Below the pieces are notes generated by a model. The model was not told where the DNA came from. It worked only from the letters and a program-made list of their open reading frames with translations, and searched no databases. Source: Monocercomonoides exilis PA203 (Eukaryota; Protista; Preaxostyla). Taken from it: DNA of 64,000 nucleotides. How positions within the stretch are numbered: the stretch's first letter is position 1; the number at the start of each line of letters is the position of its first letter. Below, in pieces: positions 1 through 14,200 of this stretch. The stretch covers positions 1 through 64,000 of the forward strand of contig LSRY02000016.1 in the NCBI GenBank assembly GCA_001643675.2, in the 5' to 3' direction. The translations under genes and the position numbers were made by a program.

Positions 1-394
1 AATGAATCTCTGGAAGAACCTGTTTCAAACATAATATCAAATTCACGAGTTCCGATGAACTGCTGTTCGATTAGCTCTGTGTGTCTTTGGTTTTGGATCT
101 ATCTCAAGCAGCTCCATCTTCCGCTCATCTCCTGTTGAGAAGATGAAAACTCTTATGCAACAAATGAAGCTCATATAAAAAAGACATTATAACAGCCATG
201 ACGAAAATTGTTGGGAAAATTAAAAATAACAAATCGAAAGGAAAAGGAAGAATACGAAGATGATGCTTGCGAAGATTATTGGCAATTCAATTGTAATACT
301 TTCATATTAAATTACAAAGGCAATTATCATCAACTGAACGAAATATTTGAAAATTGATTTATCTTATATTTTTTCAAAAAATTTATTAATTGAA

Positions 395-3300
395 AAGATC
401 ATGGCGTTTTGGCATTTCAAATTTTTGCTCAAAACATCATTATATTAAACTATCAGCTCATTAAGCATAGAATATGCGACTTTCAATGTTGACCAAAATG
501 CACAAATAATTTGGTTTTTTAAGATCATTAATTTTGAATATTCTATTTAATTTTTTTTTTTTGTTTTTTTTTTTTTTTTTTATTTATTTTTAATTATTTA
601 ATAATTAACTTTTTGTTATTTTTATCGAATGATTCAAATGAATTTCTCTTTTTTCTATTTCTTTTTTTTTTTTATTAATTTTTGTTACAAAAACTGAAGT
701 GAGAAAAACAAGCATTAGCAATAAATTTGAAGTGTGAAATATGTCACATGACTTTTTATAAAAAGAAAGTGAAGGTTTCCAATTTTCTTGTGACATTAAA
801 ATCCAGTATTCCTCCCATTTGTCTGGAATTATTTCTGACACGCTATTATCATTGCACTCCAAAAAATTGAAGAATATGACGGTCTATTCACATCCTTTTT
901 GACAATCGCAATAAAATGACCTTGCTCGTATATAGCTGTTGGAGTGAATTATGCAACCAACCAAATCATAAACGATAGATCGCTCAATATCCTTCAAAAT
1001 CAGATCCCTTTCTTCCTTGAACTTAAATGGGTTTTTATTTCCATGTCATTCGGTCCCGGTCCCTTTACAACAAACACAATCGATTTTGGAGGTGCGACAA
1101 CCCTGAAAGATTCATTGACATTATGATTAATTGTAAGAATATCTGGAAATGATACAAAACGCACGAAAGGAATACAGGGTTTGTCCGTTTCACACCTATT
1201 ACACCTTCGATTTCGTTGTTCTGTGATAAGATTAATGTTTGTTAGTAATTTTAACAGGCCTCCGATAATGTCAGATCCATTTATTGTGAAATAATACCTC
1301 GTTTCACGATTCGAGACTAAGAAATTTTCACAATGAGTGCATTCACGAACGTTTTGGCTGTTGATTGAAAACATATGATAGATTTTATTCTTTTTATCCG
1401 ACAACATATCCAACATTTTGTCAAAAACATCAGTCAGTTTTTGTGCCACATTTCTTGGTCCAATTTTCAATTCGTAAAAGTTCCATATAACTGTTCCATT
1501 CCAAACTTTGCTGTTCTTTTTTGACTTCCGGAGCATTTCGAATAATTGAATGAACTCTGCTTGTTCATCGTTCATCATTGCAACTTGATTGCTGTTAATG
1601 TCAAGTGCAGCGAAACATTGACAAACAGAAGATAATGAACAGACACTTCCTGTGTTCACAAGCCCTCTTTTCGACTCCAATTGTTGCAACACACATGAAC
1701 GTGATTTCTCTTCGTTTTCATCATCCCGTTTGAGTGTATATGAAAAAGGTTTTAATAGTTCGTTTGAATCTTTCTTTCTTTTTTCAATATTTTCTTCAGC
1801 TTCAAAATGAAAATTATTAAGATAATCAACTATTCTATCAATTGAAGAAGATGGAGAAATTGTCTTTTCTATTGGGACAGTTGGTGGTTGTGAGAAAGAT
1901 GATTGTTCTGGAGCAAATGATGGAGAATTCTGCAGAGAGGACAAAGAAAAATTATGATATGCGTAAGATGTTGAATTTTTCGCGTTTAAAAACAGCAGTG
2001 ATGATTGTGGTGAGTTTCCTGAAGGTGATGAAGAATTTGAATCAAAAGGAGAAGATGCTGTGAATGCTTCTGAAGTTGGGGAAGAAGAGAACGCAAAAAG
2101 CGATTCTTGAATAACTGTTTGAGAGGTTCTTGTGGATTTTTCATTTTGGAATGGAGTCTTCATAGAACATTCTGATGAAATGAACCGTCTTCAGTTGCTG
2201 AAAAGGGAGAGGAGGGAGGGGGAGGGAGGGAGGGAGATGAGGGAGATGAGGGAGATGAGGAAGAGGAAGAGGAAGAGGAAGAGGAAGAGAGGAAGAGGAA
2301 GAGGAAGAGGAAGAGGAAGAGGAAGAGGAAGAAGATGAGAAGAAGTGAGGCGGTTCAGAAGAAGAAGAGAAAAAGATGAAGAAATAAGATCTTTTGTGTG
2401 GATGGTAAAGTTTGGTGAAGTTGCAATGAAGAAGAGGAAGGTGAAGGGGAACAAGAAGAGGAGGAGGAGGATACAGAAGAAGATGATGAAGGAATAAATG
2501 AATAATTAGGAATAGAATTAAAAGAAGGAGGAGGAGAAGAAGAAGAAGAGGAAGAAAAGGATAATGAGGAAGAGGAAGAGGAAGATGATGATAACAGAGG
2601 CAAAGGAGGAAGTGCAGAAGTTGATGATGCTTGGATAGAAGTTGAAGTTGAAACATCTTCTGCAGCGGGGTGATGAGGAAGGAGACAGAGAAGAAGGCTG
2701 AGCTGAAGTTGTTGTTGCTGAGGAAGCTGATGCAAAAGGAGAGGATGAGGAGGAAGTAGAATTGATCTCATTTTTCAATGAAGAAGTGTTCGCATGAGAA
2801 TGATATGATACATTGGAAAGATCACTTTCAGAGTTGATATTGCTCACGTTAGGCGGAGGAAATGAGCGATCAACTGAAGCAGATAATGATGAGGAGAAGA
2901 TAAGTGGTGTTCCAAGTGAAGAAGAAGAGGAAGAAGATAAAAAGGACAAGATGAAGAGGAAGTGGAAGAAGATGAATTGCGTTCAAGGGATGCATTGAAA
3001 GGGGATGAAGATGGGGAGAAGAGACATCGGGTACGGAAATGATGGGGAAAGAGGAGATGTTGGTGAAGGAGTTGGGTGAGGAAGAAGAAGAGGAGCAATG
3101 CAATGAAGAAGATAACAATGGCTGAGAAGGATTTGAAGCCGAAGAGTTATTATCATTTGATGATGACGGAAACTTTGACATCATTGATTGATCAGTATTA
3201 TTCTTCAATTGTGGCAATGTTGAATGAATGAATGAAGAACTCGAAGTGAATGAAGAAAATGAGCTTGTTGATGTATTTCCCAGTGGAGATGCAACTGATG

Positions 3301-4532
3301 AGACTGGAACAGAAAAAGAAGGAATCGAAATATTTTTGGAAGCAATATTTTCAGGCAATTTGTTGCGTTTTTTCTCTGTTAGAGAAGGCTCATGAAAAAG
3401 TGATGAAGTGGATGGTAAAGGAAGAGAAGCACTTGATGAAGAATGAGCTAAAGATGAAGAAATTTTTCTGAAGAAAAAGGAACGAATGAGGATAAAGGAA
3501 ATGTGTTGAAAGGAGAGTCAGGTGAGATGGAAGGCGGAGATGAGAAAGGAGAAGGAAATGAAGTCAACGATGAAGAAGAAGACTGAACATGAAGAGGGTT
3601 AAATGAAAATGCTTCTTTTCTTTTATCTTCTTCGTCATATCTCCTGCTCGATGATGTGTCGCTTTCTTCATCAAAACTGAGCAAGAATTCCTTACTGAAA
3701 TTTTCATTTATTTCACTTCTTCTGAATGTATTTTCTTTCGGAAGCAGTTTTTCTTTGTTGAATCCAATTAGCATCATCATATAAGGATATTTCTATATTG
3801 TATCCGTATTCATTTCGTAATTCCTTTTGTGTATAATTTTCTGTTAATGCAATAATCATCTTATTCTTGATGGGAGCAGAAGCATCATTGAACGCAAACT
3901 TCAATTCTTTCACAAGACACGTGAGAGGTGCTTCAAAGAAGGTTTCGAAAGAAAGATAAATTTATAAATTAGGAAAAAATGTTAGCACAAAGAAAAATGA
4001 TGAAAAAAATTTAGAATGATTACAATAAAAAAAACAAACAAAGAGGTGATTTCATGTAATCAAAACAAAGCAATTTGCCTAAATCGTTTTCATTCACGAA
4101 CTTCGTAAACACAAGCAAGGCTCTATCGTATGGCATATTACGAAGCAATTCTTCGATGCTGTCAACGTCTGCTTTAATTGACTTCCTGCTCATTCCATGA
4201 TGTTTTCTTCCAGAATTGAACATAGAAAAATATCTTTTCTTCAATTTTATCAGCAAGAAATAAATATTGATTGAAGATAGTTAAAAATAATGAAAACACA
4301 AAATTATAAAATTTCAAATAATGAATTCAGTGCTGTTCTTAACCTCTTTCACAAAGATGAATAGAAAATGAAAACAGGAAAAATGTTTTTAAGTGATTTT
4401 TGATCAGAAATATACAAATAACTTGTGCATTTTGCGCGATCCAAAAACTTTATTTTCCTATTCTAATTTGTATTTTTGATCAAGTTGTGCTGAACAAAAC
4501 AAAACAATTCATGCCCAAATTGCCATGATCTT
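395..4532 (-). mobile_element. Non-autonomous TIR DNA transposon of the AAGATCATGG family, carrying an N-terminal transposase-like domain plus USP gene
   Basis: Left end AAGATCATGGCGTTTTGGCAT at 395. Right end ATGCCCAAATTGCCATGATCTT at 4532 (revcomp AAGATCATGGCAATTTGGGCAT). Both ends also carry AAAATGCACAA-T-ATTTG ~105 nt inside. Identical 4-bp flanks TGAA (391-394 and 4533-4536) form a TSD. Confidence 0.85.
605..4223 (-). pseudogene. Frameshifted gene: transposase-like N-terminus, long Ser-rich linker and USP (peptidase C19) domain, with no DDD domain
   Basis: Segment 3913-3713 (LVKELKFAFNDASAPIKNKMIIALTENYTQKELRNEYGYNIE) aligns with exon 2 of the gene at 11243. Cys box GLVNTGSVC, Zn pairs CTHC/CNRC and FPDIL lie in ORF 2163-1000. 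The His box (YDLVGCIIHS..GHFIAIVKKD..ECND) is split over frames at ~1000-780. Some frameshifts may be assembly errors. Confidence 0.75.
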
Positions 4533-4754
4533 TGAAAATAACAAAAAATTTCCAAACATGAATATTCGTTATTTATTCTTTATTATTAATGAAAAAAAAA
4601 TAAAACTTGCACACTCAGACTAAAATTTGAAGTTCAAACTGATTTAAACATTCATATCTTGAAATTGTGTCATTTTGGAAACTTTCATTCGGAAAAGTTC
4701 TTGAAGAAGTTGATAAAGAACTGACTGAAAGAATCGCAAACATTTGAACAAGAA

Positions 4755-7696
4755 TTGGGGCTTGAAACTGCTGAGCAAATCAATGCAAAATTCGAAGACG
4801 ATATTGTGAATATTTTTTTGTCAGAACTGATAAACAAGAAATGTCATTATTCAAGGTTAAAAAACAGGAGAACAGAAGAAGTTCAAATCAGAATAAACGA
4901 TACAAATATTTCTCTCATCAGTGATCCTCATTCGGATGCGTTGAACAGAATATTTTCAATGATATCTGGAGAAACAACACTTGAGACATTGGAAATGGAA
5001 GGATTCCGCCTTGCAGAAAAGGAAAATGCATCATCAGCCACAACACTTCCTGGAAAGACAAACCTGTTTGCTCCGCTGTAGTATTCAACAAACAACATAC
5101 TGCAAAACGACAAGATGGGGGCTGATGCAGACAACTCTGAACATTCCGAGAAAATTGGCAATGCCGAACATGAAAAAATGCCTCCACATATCTGGAATTA
5201 GTTATCAAGAAGCCGTGCTTTTCTGAAGAAAACGATATAAGTTGTGGATTCGCGGAGCGTCACATAATTTGTGGAAGAGCTCAACCGACGTTTTATTTTT
5301 TCGATCTTCTGTTCAAATCCAATCCTGTTTAAGTGTGTGACGAGCAGAGTTGGCGGTGCGCTCATCCACTCATCATCGTTACCTGCCCAATTTGCACGTT
5401 TCACACAACTGCGTCGCTATTTCTTAAACAGGGAGAAGGAAGTGATGGTAAGCTACATTCACACCATTCATCTGGGTTTAATGGTGGGGCAGGATGGAAT
5501 GATGAAAGAAGGGAAATATCAGTATTTGTAAAGCAGTCACGTCAAAGATTATCAATTCGGCTGGGAGGCTCAAAACTCCTGCAATTCTTTCCTTTTAAAA
5601 ATCATTTTATATTCAGTGGATGAGACATGCCTCATCAACGCAAACAACAGAAAAGCTTTCTTTGATTGGCTCTCCTCCGAACAGCACATCTCTGTCGCTG
5701 AGTACACCACCAAATCCATTGGAGCATATTTCCCATCATCAGATTTCGCACAAGAACCAGTTTTCCTTCTCTCAAAACAGACAATCAACGTTTGCCTCGC
5801 TCTTTTCTGACCAATACGTCATCGAAACAGGCTATGCACCATCAACTTGAGCATTTTCGTTTACGACTTTTGCTTTTTACACTGTCATTCAGTCTGCAGC
5901 TCCAATGTTTTTTCAGTCGACTGGACAGCAGATACCATTTCACCGATCGGCTTCTCTTTCTGTGTTTTTTTCATTAACAACATCACGAAGCACAACAGCC
6001 TCGTTTTTCGCCAGTCCTTTGGGCATTCTCGAAACGGCTCCTTCTCTATCCGTGCATGTGGCAGGTTCAACCACAGATCGTTTTCATCTGTCAGCTCGCA
6101 TCAGCCTGTTCGTGCATTGACACACGAGCAGAATACTATTTTCTTTTAAAGAACAAGCAGCTCAAGTTTGACGTGGTGGAGTTACGAGTAACACCCGATC
6201 CAACATCTCCTCTTCAGTCCGTTCCAGATGACCAGCCATATGTGTGCAGCTTTTGCGAAATGCGGTTTGTGTTAGTTGTGTCGCTTCCAACACACATCCA
6301 CCAGGCATACTCGAAGATGGACATGACGGAGCTGATAAAGCAGCTTTTCGAAGCGGAGAGAGAGTATCTGCTCAGAGGAATAAAGAAGATAACAATGTTG
6401 GAGAAGTTGCTGCACATTGTTTTGCACATCTTCAGTTCGTATGAACTGTCTACGCTGAAGTCAACAGAAAACATCCATTCTCAACAAGTGATCTAACAAC
6501 AGCAAAGACAACAACAACAATTCAGTTCATTTGGAGCAAGCGCATCTGCGTCACAGCCTTATTCCCTCGATTTGCTGACTGAGAAGAAGATTCCATTTTG
6601 TTTCAGAGGAGATGCGAAGAAGCGTTAAGGAGATGAAATTAGCCTAATCGAATTCAACAGAATGGGCGGTGGTCTTTCACATTCTGGTGGCTCAACGTCT
6701 TCAATTGCAACAGTCTCATCAGGGTCAATAACAGTTTTTTCAACCAACACGTACACCTCTGCCTTTGTTGACTCTGTTTCCTCATCTTCAACTTCTGAGC
6801 TCTAAAACTATAGATATTCTCCATTATCTACTGAATCTTCTCTGCCTTCCTCAATTATGACATTCATGCAACCTTCTTCTTTATCATATTCAACTTCTTC
6901 TATGAGTGAATATGGACCAGTGTCACACAACAGCATTTTCCGCTCAATCGGAGCAATTTCGCGGAAAGTGCTTTCACTCGACAAGATTTCAATGGGAATT
7001 GCGCGATCAGGTTCTGTTCTGATCCAACCGCCACCCGAGCCGCTGATTGCAAACCTTGTCACTTTATTTTATACGTCGTTAGTCAGCTCGTCAGTTGTGC
7101 TTTCGTTCACCTCTGTCATTCTTGAGTTCTTTGTTCAGCTTTTGTAGTGGCGGACCGCCTTTGCGAATCGACTTGATGCTGAACTTTGTTATCTGATAAT
7201 AATAATTGTTGAATCGCTGACTTAGACGATTCAAAGCGTGGATGTTTCATCGGAAAAAATCGATAAAATGCGTAGACTTTCATCTGAGTTTTCAGACTTT
7301 CTCGGCAGAAGAATCGATTTTCAGATAAAGTTTAATGATGTGAACGAAGAGATCACTCAGCTTGTGAAATATCGACCAGAAGGCAACGAGAAGATTTTGT
7401 CACTTCTGAATGAGTCGACGGAATCGGACAGCGCTTTGGAGAAGACTCATGCAGAATTTTTGGTAGAGCTGGAAACGAAGAAGAGTCAGCTTGTGGAATA
7501 TCTCTTGCACAACCAAGAGGAATTTGTGTCCGGTCTATCAGTTTTGGTGGAAGGTGCGTCTTCGGCTCTTGCTCTGCTGAATGATCCAGAGAGAGACACA
7601 GATATGCAGACAGAGACTGCCCAGCGTTATTTTGACCATGTGAAGGAGAAGAAAGCAAAGCAGCGGGAGCTCAACAGGGATGAGGTGCTTTTGTGA
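4755..7696. other. Cluster of short or broken, apparently intronless ORFs of unknown origin (best: 7238-7696 +, 152 aa, helical; 6808-7062 -)
   Basis: Coding-like composition with frequent stops and frameshifts. No recognisable motif. Confidence 0.25.
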
Positions 7697-9049
7697 TGAA
7701 ATTGAAAACTTTTCGACAATTGAACGATTTGGATGGGGAATCACATTATGAACGAAACCTGTTTGTTCTCATTGATGATAAATGAAGGTTTGCAACGAAA
7801 AAATGAGATGATCCTGTTGTGAAAAAAAAAACTTGTCAGAGGAGAAAGAGCCTAAAAACAATCTTCTCATCATCAAGCAATAATTAAATGCAAACTATTA
7901 ATGTCCATCACAGTGTGCTCTTTTTGAAAAGTTATTTATTCTCGATGAGCCTGAATTATCAAATTGATTCTCAAGACTCTTTTGTCGTAAATATTTCTCT
8001 CTCCACCCCTCCTTCCTATTAAAAAAAAATTTAAAAACAAAAAAAATTTTTTTGAGTGATATTAAAATATCTGTTTTTAATAATATAATTGAACTTTTTG
8101 AAAGAAAATTCCAATACCATCATCATTTTACCAAATCTTTCTTCAGATATTAAGATATTGGTAATAATTTTTTTTAGATTATTTGTTTTATTTTGTCATA
8201 AAGTTTTCAATAAGAAAGGCTAGCTTTCATTTTTTTAAGATGCAATGGTAAATACCACATTAATCAAGAAATTTCATTTCATTTCCAATAAAAATGCAAG
8301 TGGAATCTATTTCAAAATAGGAGTGAAGTGAAGAAAATGTGAACAAAAATTGTCATATAAAAATATCGTTTTTAATCGAAAAATATTTTTGCACGATATT
8401 ATGCCAATTAAGAGACCAATATCAATAAACTGAATATATTTTCATAATTGTACTTGTTAAAGAAACGATTGTCACAATATGTTTTAGAATTATTCTCAAA
8501 AACAAAAACACATCATTTAACATATTCTAACAAATAACATTTTAATGAATATTATCAATAAAAATCTCTATTAACAAAATCAAAATTTGAAGATATGAAA
8601 ACAAAGTTTTTTTAGAAATTCTTCAACAACCCATTTTTGATTATTCTCAATGTGAGTTGTTCATAAGTTTAAGATTTTGGAATGAAGTTCACAACTGAAG
8701 AGTTATTTTGATATTTCGTTTACACAATTATAAAAGTTTTCAAATGCTAATGCGAAAAAATGCTATCCGGATTTTTATTAACAACTTTTTTAAATTACAT
8801 TGTTTAACAAAATTTTCTGCAAGATTTTTCGAAAGAATAATTTTGAAAACGTGTGGATTGATTTTTTTATTGTCATGATTAACATTGATTTTTTGTGAAT
8901 AAAGAAAGATTATCCAAAAGTTTTCTTTATTTACATCATCTTTTTCAGATTTGTTTCAATATTTCATAGTGAACAAACTGTCATTTGTTGTGCTATCCTA
9001 CACAACTTCAACAGTCCTGACACTTCTCTTTATGCATTCAACGCTTCTT

Positions 9050-10195
9050 TTAACTATCAAACACGATTTTTATCAAATTGTCTTGTAAAATATAATGGAT
9101 CTGAATCTCACAGAGAGAAATTAAGTAGATTATCCTTTTCTGATTTGAATAGAAATCTCTTCGAATGGTGCGAATGGAACGATTCAACTGGTGGTAGTGA
9201 TCATAGTGGTGCACTTTATGTTTCTTGTACAAATGCCAATCTCACAATCATTTCTTTTAATTCAATAATTGGTTAACCGAAGATCATGGAGGAGCGTTGT
9301 GCTGAAATTGTTTGTTGAATATTGATATGATAAAATCCAATATTTCAAATTATTTGCTGCTCATGGAGGAGCAGTCCATACTACAAATCCACAGCAAAAT
9401 TCTGCTTATTACCATTCAGAAAACAAAGTCGAAAATTGTTCTATCACAAATTGGTGTGGAACTGGTTTGTATTTTTATATTGGTGCTTTTCCATCAAACA
9501 GTCAATTCCTGTTAACAAAATGCCAGTATATTTCAAATTCTGGTGGTAATTCTGCTGGTTCTCTCACATTTCCAAGTCCACCAGGAAACGATCCAAATCA
9601 ATTTTTTGTTTATGAGTACAAATTCATAAACAACAAATTGACAAGTTCAACATCAACTCTTGGTGGGGCAGGTATTTATTTGTACGTCACTTATTCCTGG
9701 ATGAGCGGAAATAAATTCATCACATTCTGTTTCTTTGATGGCAACGCTGCAGCCAATGGCAGAGGGAATGATGTGTTCTTCAGTGGCAGCAGCATTACTC
9801 AATCTCCATTCGAGAATTGTGGTTCAACAACACCAACTAAAAGAGTGTGGAATGCAGGAACTGCAGATAGCGATGTGTACAATGGCTGGCTCCCCCTCAT
9901 CTCCCAGAACAAAATAGTCTCAAATGGTGGAAGTGATGTCGATGCCTGTGGCAGACACCAACATGCCCCATGTGCCACCATCGAGCATGCCCTCACCAGC
10001 TTCATTTCCCTCCTGCATGACGCCTTCCTCACATTTCTCACCTCAACGTTTGTTCCTCTTCAAACACCAACCTTCCGTTCCACAAATGCGAAAATCACAG
10101 TAAACGGAAAAATTACTCAATTGCAACCAGTGCAACAAAATGACAACATTTTCAATCATCATGTTAATTTATTTCTTATCCATCATCGCACATAA
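9050..10195 (+). pseudogene. Fragment of an expanded beta-helix/pectin-lyase-like (GGG-repeat) surface-protein family
   Basis: ORF 9467-10195 has GGAGIY, FCFFDGNAAANGRGNDVFF and VSNGGSDVDACG..PCATIEHAL. Broken GGA-type repeats lie upstream. Same family as 36266-37309. Confidence 0.55.
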
Positions 10196-10648
10196 CCTCT
10201 TCACTCAAACGAAAAAAATGTATTATATGTTCAGTATTTAATTATTAAAGATATTTTCATAAATATTTTATGTTATATTTAAATGATTGAACAATTTTAC
10301 ACATGAAATACAACAGACATTTTTTTCATAACTTAAAAAACCAAATTCAATGCATTTGTTATTCATCAATAAAACGACAACCTGCAGACGCTAGCATTTT
10401 TATGTTGTTTTTGTTTTTTATCAATTCGTTTCCAGCTGTTATATTAATTCGTTTGATAAAGATAAAAAAACCTTTTTCACAAATAACTTTTCTCTCAAAT
10501 AATTAATTTATTACCAAACAGAATTTTTGAGAATAAAATTAACATCAACATATGCTAATAATTTTTTTCATGTGCAATTAATTAACATTATAAATTGAAA
10601 ATTAAAATTGAATAAAATTTAATATTTTCTTAATTTCAAATATGTCGA

Positions 10649-11037
10649 AAGATCATGGCGTTGTGGGCATTTCATTTTTTTTGCTCGAAACAACATAAAA
10701 TGATATTTAACAACTATCTGGTGTTGAAAAGTCCTCCTCCACTTTTGCCCAAAACGCACAAATAATTTGGTTAACTTATGATCAAGAATTTTGAATGTTT
10801 TAAAATATATTAATAAGATCATGGGCGTTTTGGTCATTTTATTTTTTTGCTTAAAACAGCATAAAATGATATTTTCAGCTTGTAAAGTACAGAAAAAGTG
10901 ACTTTCAATGTTGACCAAAATGCACAAATAATTTGGTTTTATTATGATCATTAATTTTGGGAATGTGATATTTGTTTGAATATTATTCATTTAATTTGTG
11001 AATATTATTGCTTTAATAATGCTTACAAGTCATCAGA
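10649..11037 (+). repeat. Left TIR, built of two ~166-bp tandem subunits
   Basis: AAGATCATGG starts at 10649 and again at 10815. Each subunit contains CAAAA(C/T)GCACAAATAATTTGGTT. Reverse complement of 16192-16580. Confidence 0.9.
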
Positions 11038-11242
11038 TAATAGTTTTGTAATTTTTATCGTTCAATATGAGGTTAAAAAAAATTCTGAAACATATATTTC
11101 TTATTTGAGCAAAAATATTGATATTTGGTTTTGTTTATCGAAATTTCTATGTTGAAAATACAATTAAAACAATAAATGCAGAGCTGTGAAATTTTTATTA
11201 ATTGATAATAATTCCATAATAAATTTGAAAAAAATCACAAAT

Positions 11243-14200
11243 ATGTCATTTTCTAAACAAGAGTCAACTCTAAATTCACGGTGCAACGTTCTATGGAAAG
11301 AAATACAACGCATCGGTGGAGATGACGTTGATTCATTGCTCGTCTATTTGTTTTACAACTACAGAAAATCATCTGCAGTTATCAATGATTTACTGAAATC
11401 CTTGAATGGTTTCGACTTCAAAATTTTTTGATTGATAATAACTTATATTTTTCTCTTGCAATATTGATTTTTAATCTATATTTGTTTTTTTGTTATTTAA
11501 AAAAAACTCAGAATACTACGAAATACTTCTTAAAGATCTCTCAGTTGTGTACAAGCACGCACAATTGCACACGCAAACGATGATCCTTCAAGCACTAACG
11601 CGCAATGCATCATTATCTGAACTTCTGGACTATGGATTTGACATCACTGAAGGAAAGTATAATTATGCAAAACAAACTCTCACAAAAAACCAAGGATTTT
11701 TAATACCGGCACAATTGCCTCACACACCATCGTGTAAAAGTGGTTTGTATTGTATTTTTCTATAATTTCATTTTTAACTGTCTTTTTGTTTATTCATTTA
11801 TTTAACTTTTTTGAGGTCTTAATGAACAAGATTGGGAAAAGGGCAACAATTGGATGTTGGCCCATTCCACAGAGGCATCAACTTCACTGCAATCAGCCAA
11901 GAAAAAACCAAAAAAAGTTCCTGATTACGCACAGTTCATTGAGGAATCTGCATGGGATAATATTATCATTACAGAAAAAAATAATTCTCACAATATACAA
12001 TCTTCTCCATCAGAAAAATTATGCCAACAAAATAAAAAATCAAATATTATATCAGGAAAAAAATCTTCTCCATCTCATGCAGTTAACGATCCTATTAACA
12101 CTCCACTTCGAGCTGAAAGATGGACTACAAAAATCAAACAAAATAATACACTTCATTACCGTCGAACTTCTCCATCACCAATACCATTACATAAACTAGT
12201 TAAACAAAAATCACCCTTTTCATCATCTTCTTCTTCCTCTCCTTCTTCTTCTTCTTCTTCTTCTTCCTCCTCCTCCTCCTCATCATCATCATCATCATCA
12301 TCATCATCTTCTTCTTCTTCTTCTTCTTCTTCTTCTTCTTCTTCTTCTTCTTCTTCTTCTTCTTCTTCTTCTTCTTCTTCTTCTTCTTCTTCTTCTTCTT
12401 CTTCTTCTTCTTCTTCTTCTTCTTCTTCTTCATCTTCATCATCATCATCTTCATCATCATCTTCATCTTCATCTTCTTCCTCTTCCTCTTCTTCCTTTTC
12501 GATCAAAGTGAAAAGAAAAGATACAATCAATACTTCTCCAGAAGACAAAGCAACTTCATCTTTTTGCAACGAAAATATGTGGGTTAGCGGCCAACTTATG
12601 GAATATGTCACCTCACCCACTCTTATTCCTCCTCATACATTCCAAAATCTAGTCTCATCTTTCACAAAAGAGAGCAACATTTCAACACAACAACAAAAGT
12701 CACAGTTTATCACAAGAGATAATTCAACAAATATTGATTCATTTATTTCTTCTTCATCCAAATCAACGGCTAATGTTTTAAAATTCACACCAAATACTCC
12801 AATAAAAACAGTAAAAGGGTTAGCAAATCTTGGAAACACATGTTACTTGGCATCTCTTCTGCAATGCTGGTCCTCGATCTGCAGTTCAAAACCAACGATC
12901 TTCACAAAAACACATTCAAATAAGACATTATCTTCTCGAATGATGAGTATTTGCAATCAAATCCTCAAAGATGGAACAAAAGTGCATTCATGGATCCCAT
13001 CAGTTGTTAGCAAATGGGAAGACTTTTGCGGATATGGAAGCAAACAGCAGCAGAATGTTTCAGAAGCTTTCGAAAATCTTCATAAATTGTTTGAAAAAGA
13101 CGGATTATTAAAACAAGATAGTTTCAATCCAGTTATAATTTCACATATGAAATGCGTGAAATGTCAAAAACTCACATCACATATCGACAACATCAACAAT
13201 AGCATAATCATCAATTCTTCATCTACTCACAATGGTTTATCTTCTTTGTTTTCAACTGAAATACTGGATGGAAAAAATAGTGTATATTGTGAAGAGTGCA
13301 AAGAAAAATGCTGTACTGCTTGTTGGGAGGAAATGATTTCATTTCCAGAAGTACTAGCCCTCTCCCATGAATGTGCTGATTCTGCTAGTTCTCCACCTTC
13401 TCGAACACTTCTTATCGAGACTGATATGTCGAATAAACGTTCATTTTGCAAAGGATTTGCAAATGAAAATAAAACTTCATTTCACAACAAAAATAAAGAA
13501 ACAACATTCTATCACTTAATTGGACAAATCCTTCATAAACAGTTTGATAATAGCAACGGTCATTACATAGCCGTTGTGGAAAGAAATAAAGGAATGAAAA
13601 AGATGTGGATCACCTGTAACGATGATGATATTGATGCATTTGACAGTGATAAATGGTCAAAGTCATGGAAAGATCTCTTTTCTCAGGGCTATATTCCTTC
13701 TTTATCATTCTACATGAAAGAGAAATCACAATCAACTCAACCAAGTGTCCAATTTGGTGGTTCCTCTTCTTCATCTTCCTCTTCACAATCCAAAAATATC
13801 AACAATTCGTCCACAGAAACAACTCCCCCGTCATCGTTCATCACACCACTGCATTGTTCAACTTCCATTCCTCAATTAACTTCATCAATCAGAACTGACT
13901 ATGGATTAGAAGCACTTAAAGAAAAAAGAAAGAAAACGGGCATCTTTTCTCCCAACGAAAAGAGATTAATCTTCAAGCCAAAGACGAAATTATGGAAAGA
14001 GTTTTCTGAAGAAACAAACATCAAAGTTTCTCTTTCTCACTTCTACAAACTCACCACCAATTTCTCCAAAGCGAAAAGACGAACGGATCTCTGCGGTATG
14101 TGTGAGAAGTTGAACTATCTGGAAAACAAATTGAAGTCATCGCAAAACAAAAATGGACTGTCTGAAGCAGAGTTTCATACACTTAAATTACTTCGACAAC

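Noticed and set aside
8600-8640. ..CAACAACCC|ATTT as another GGG-family terminus (and GGGTGTTGTG at 15454)
   Set aside because: Similarity to the CACCC terminus is limited to a few bases in AT-rich DNA.
10619-10990. Near-identical ~120-aa ORF MNNIQTNITF.. found three times (also 16239-16592 and 24583-24936)
   Set aside because: It lies almost entirely within the TIR and is repeated because the TIR is. No coding features.
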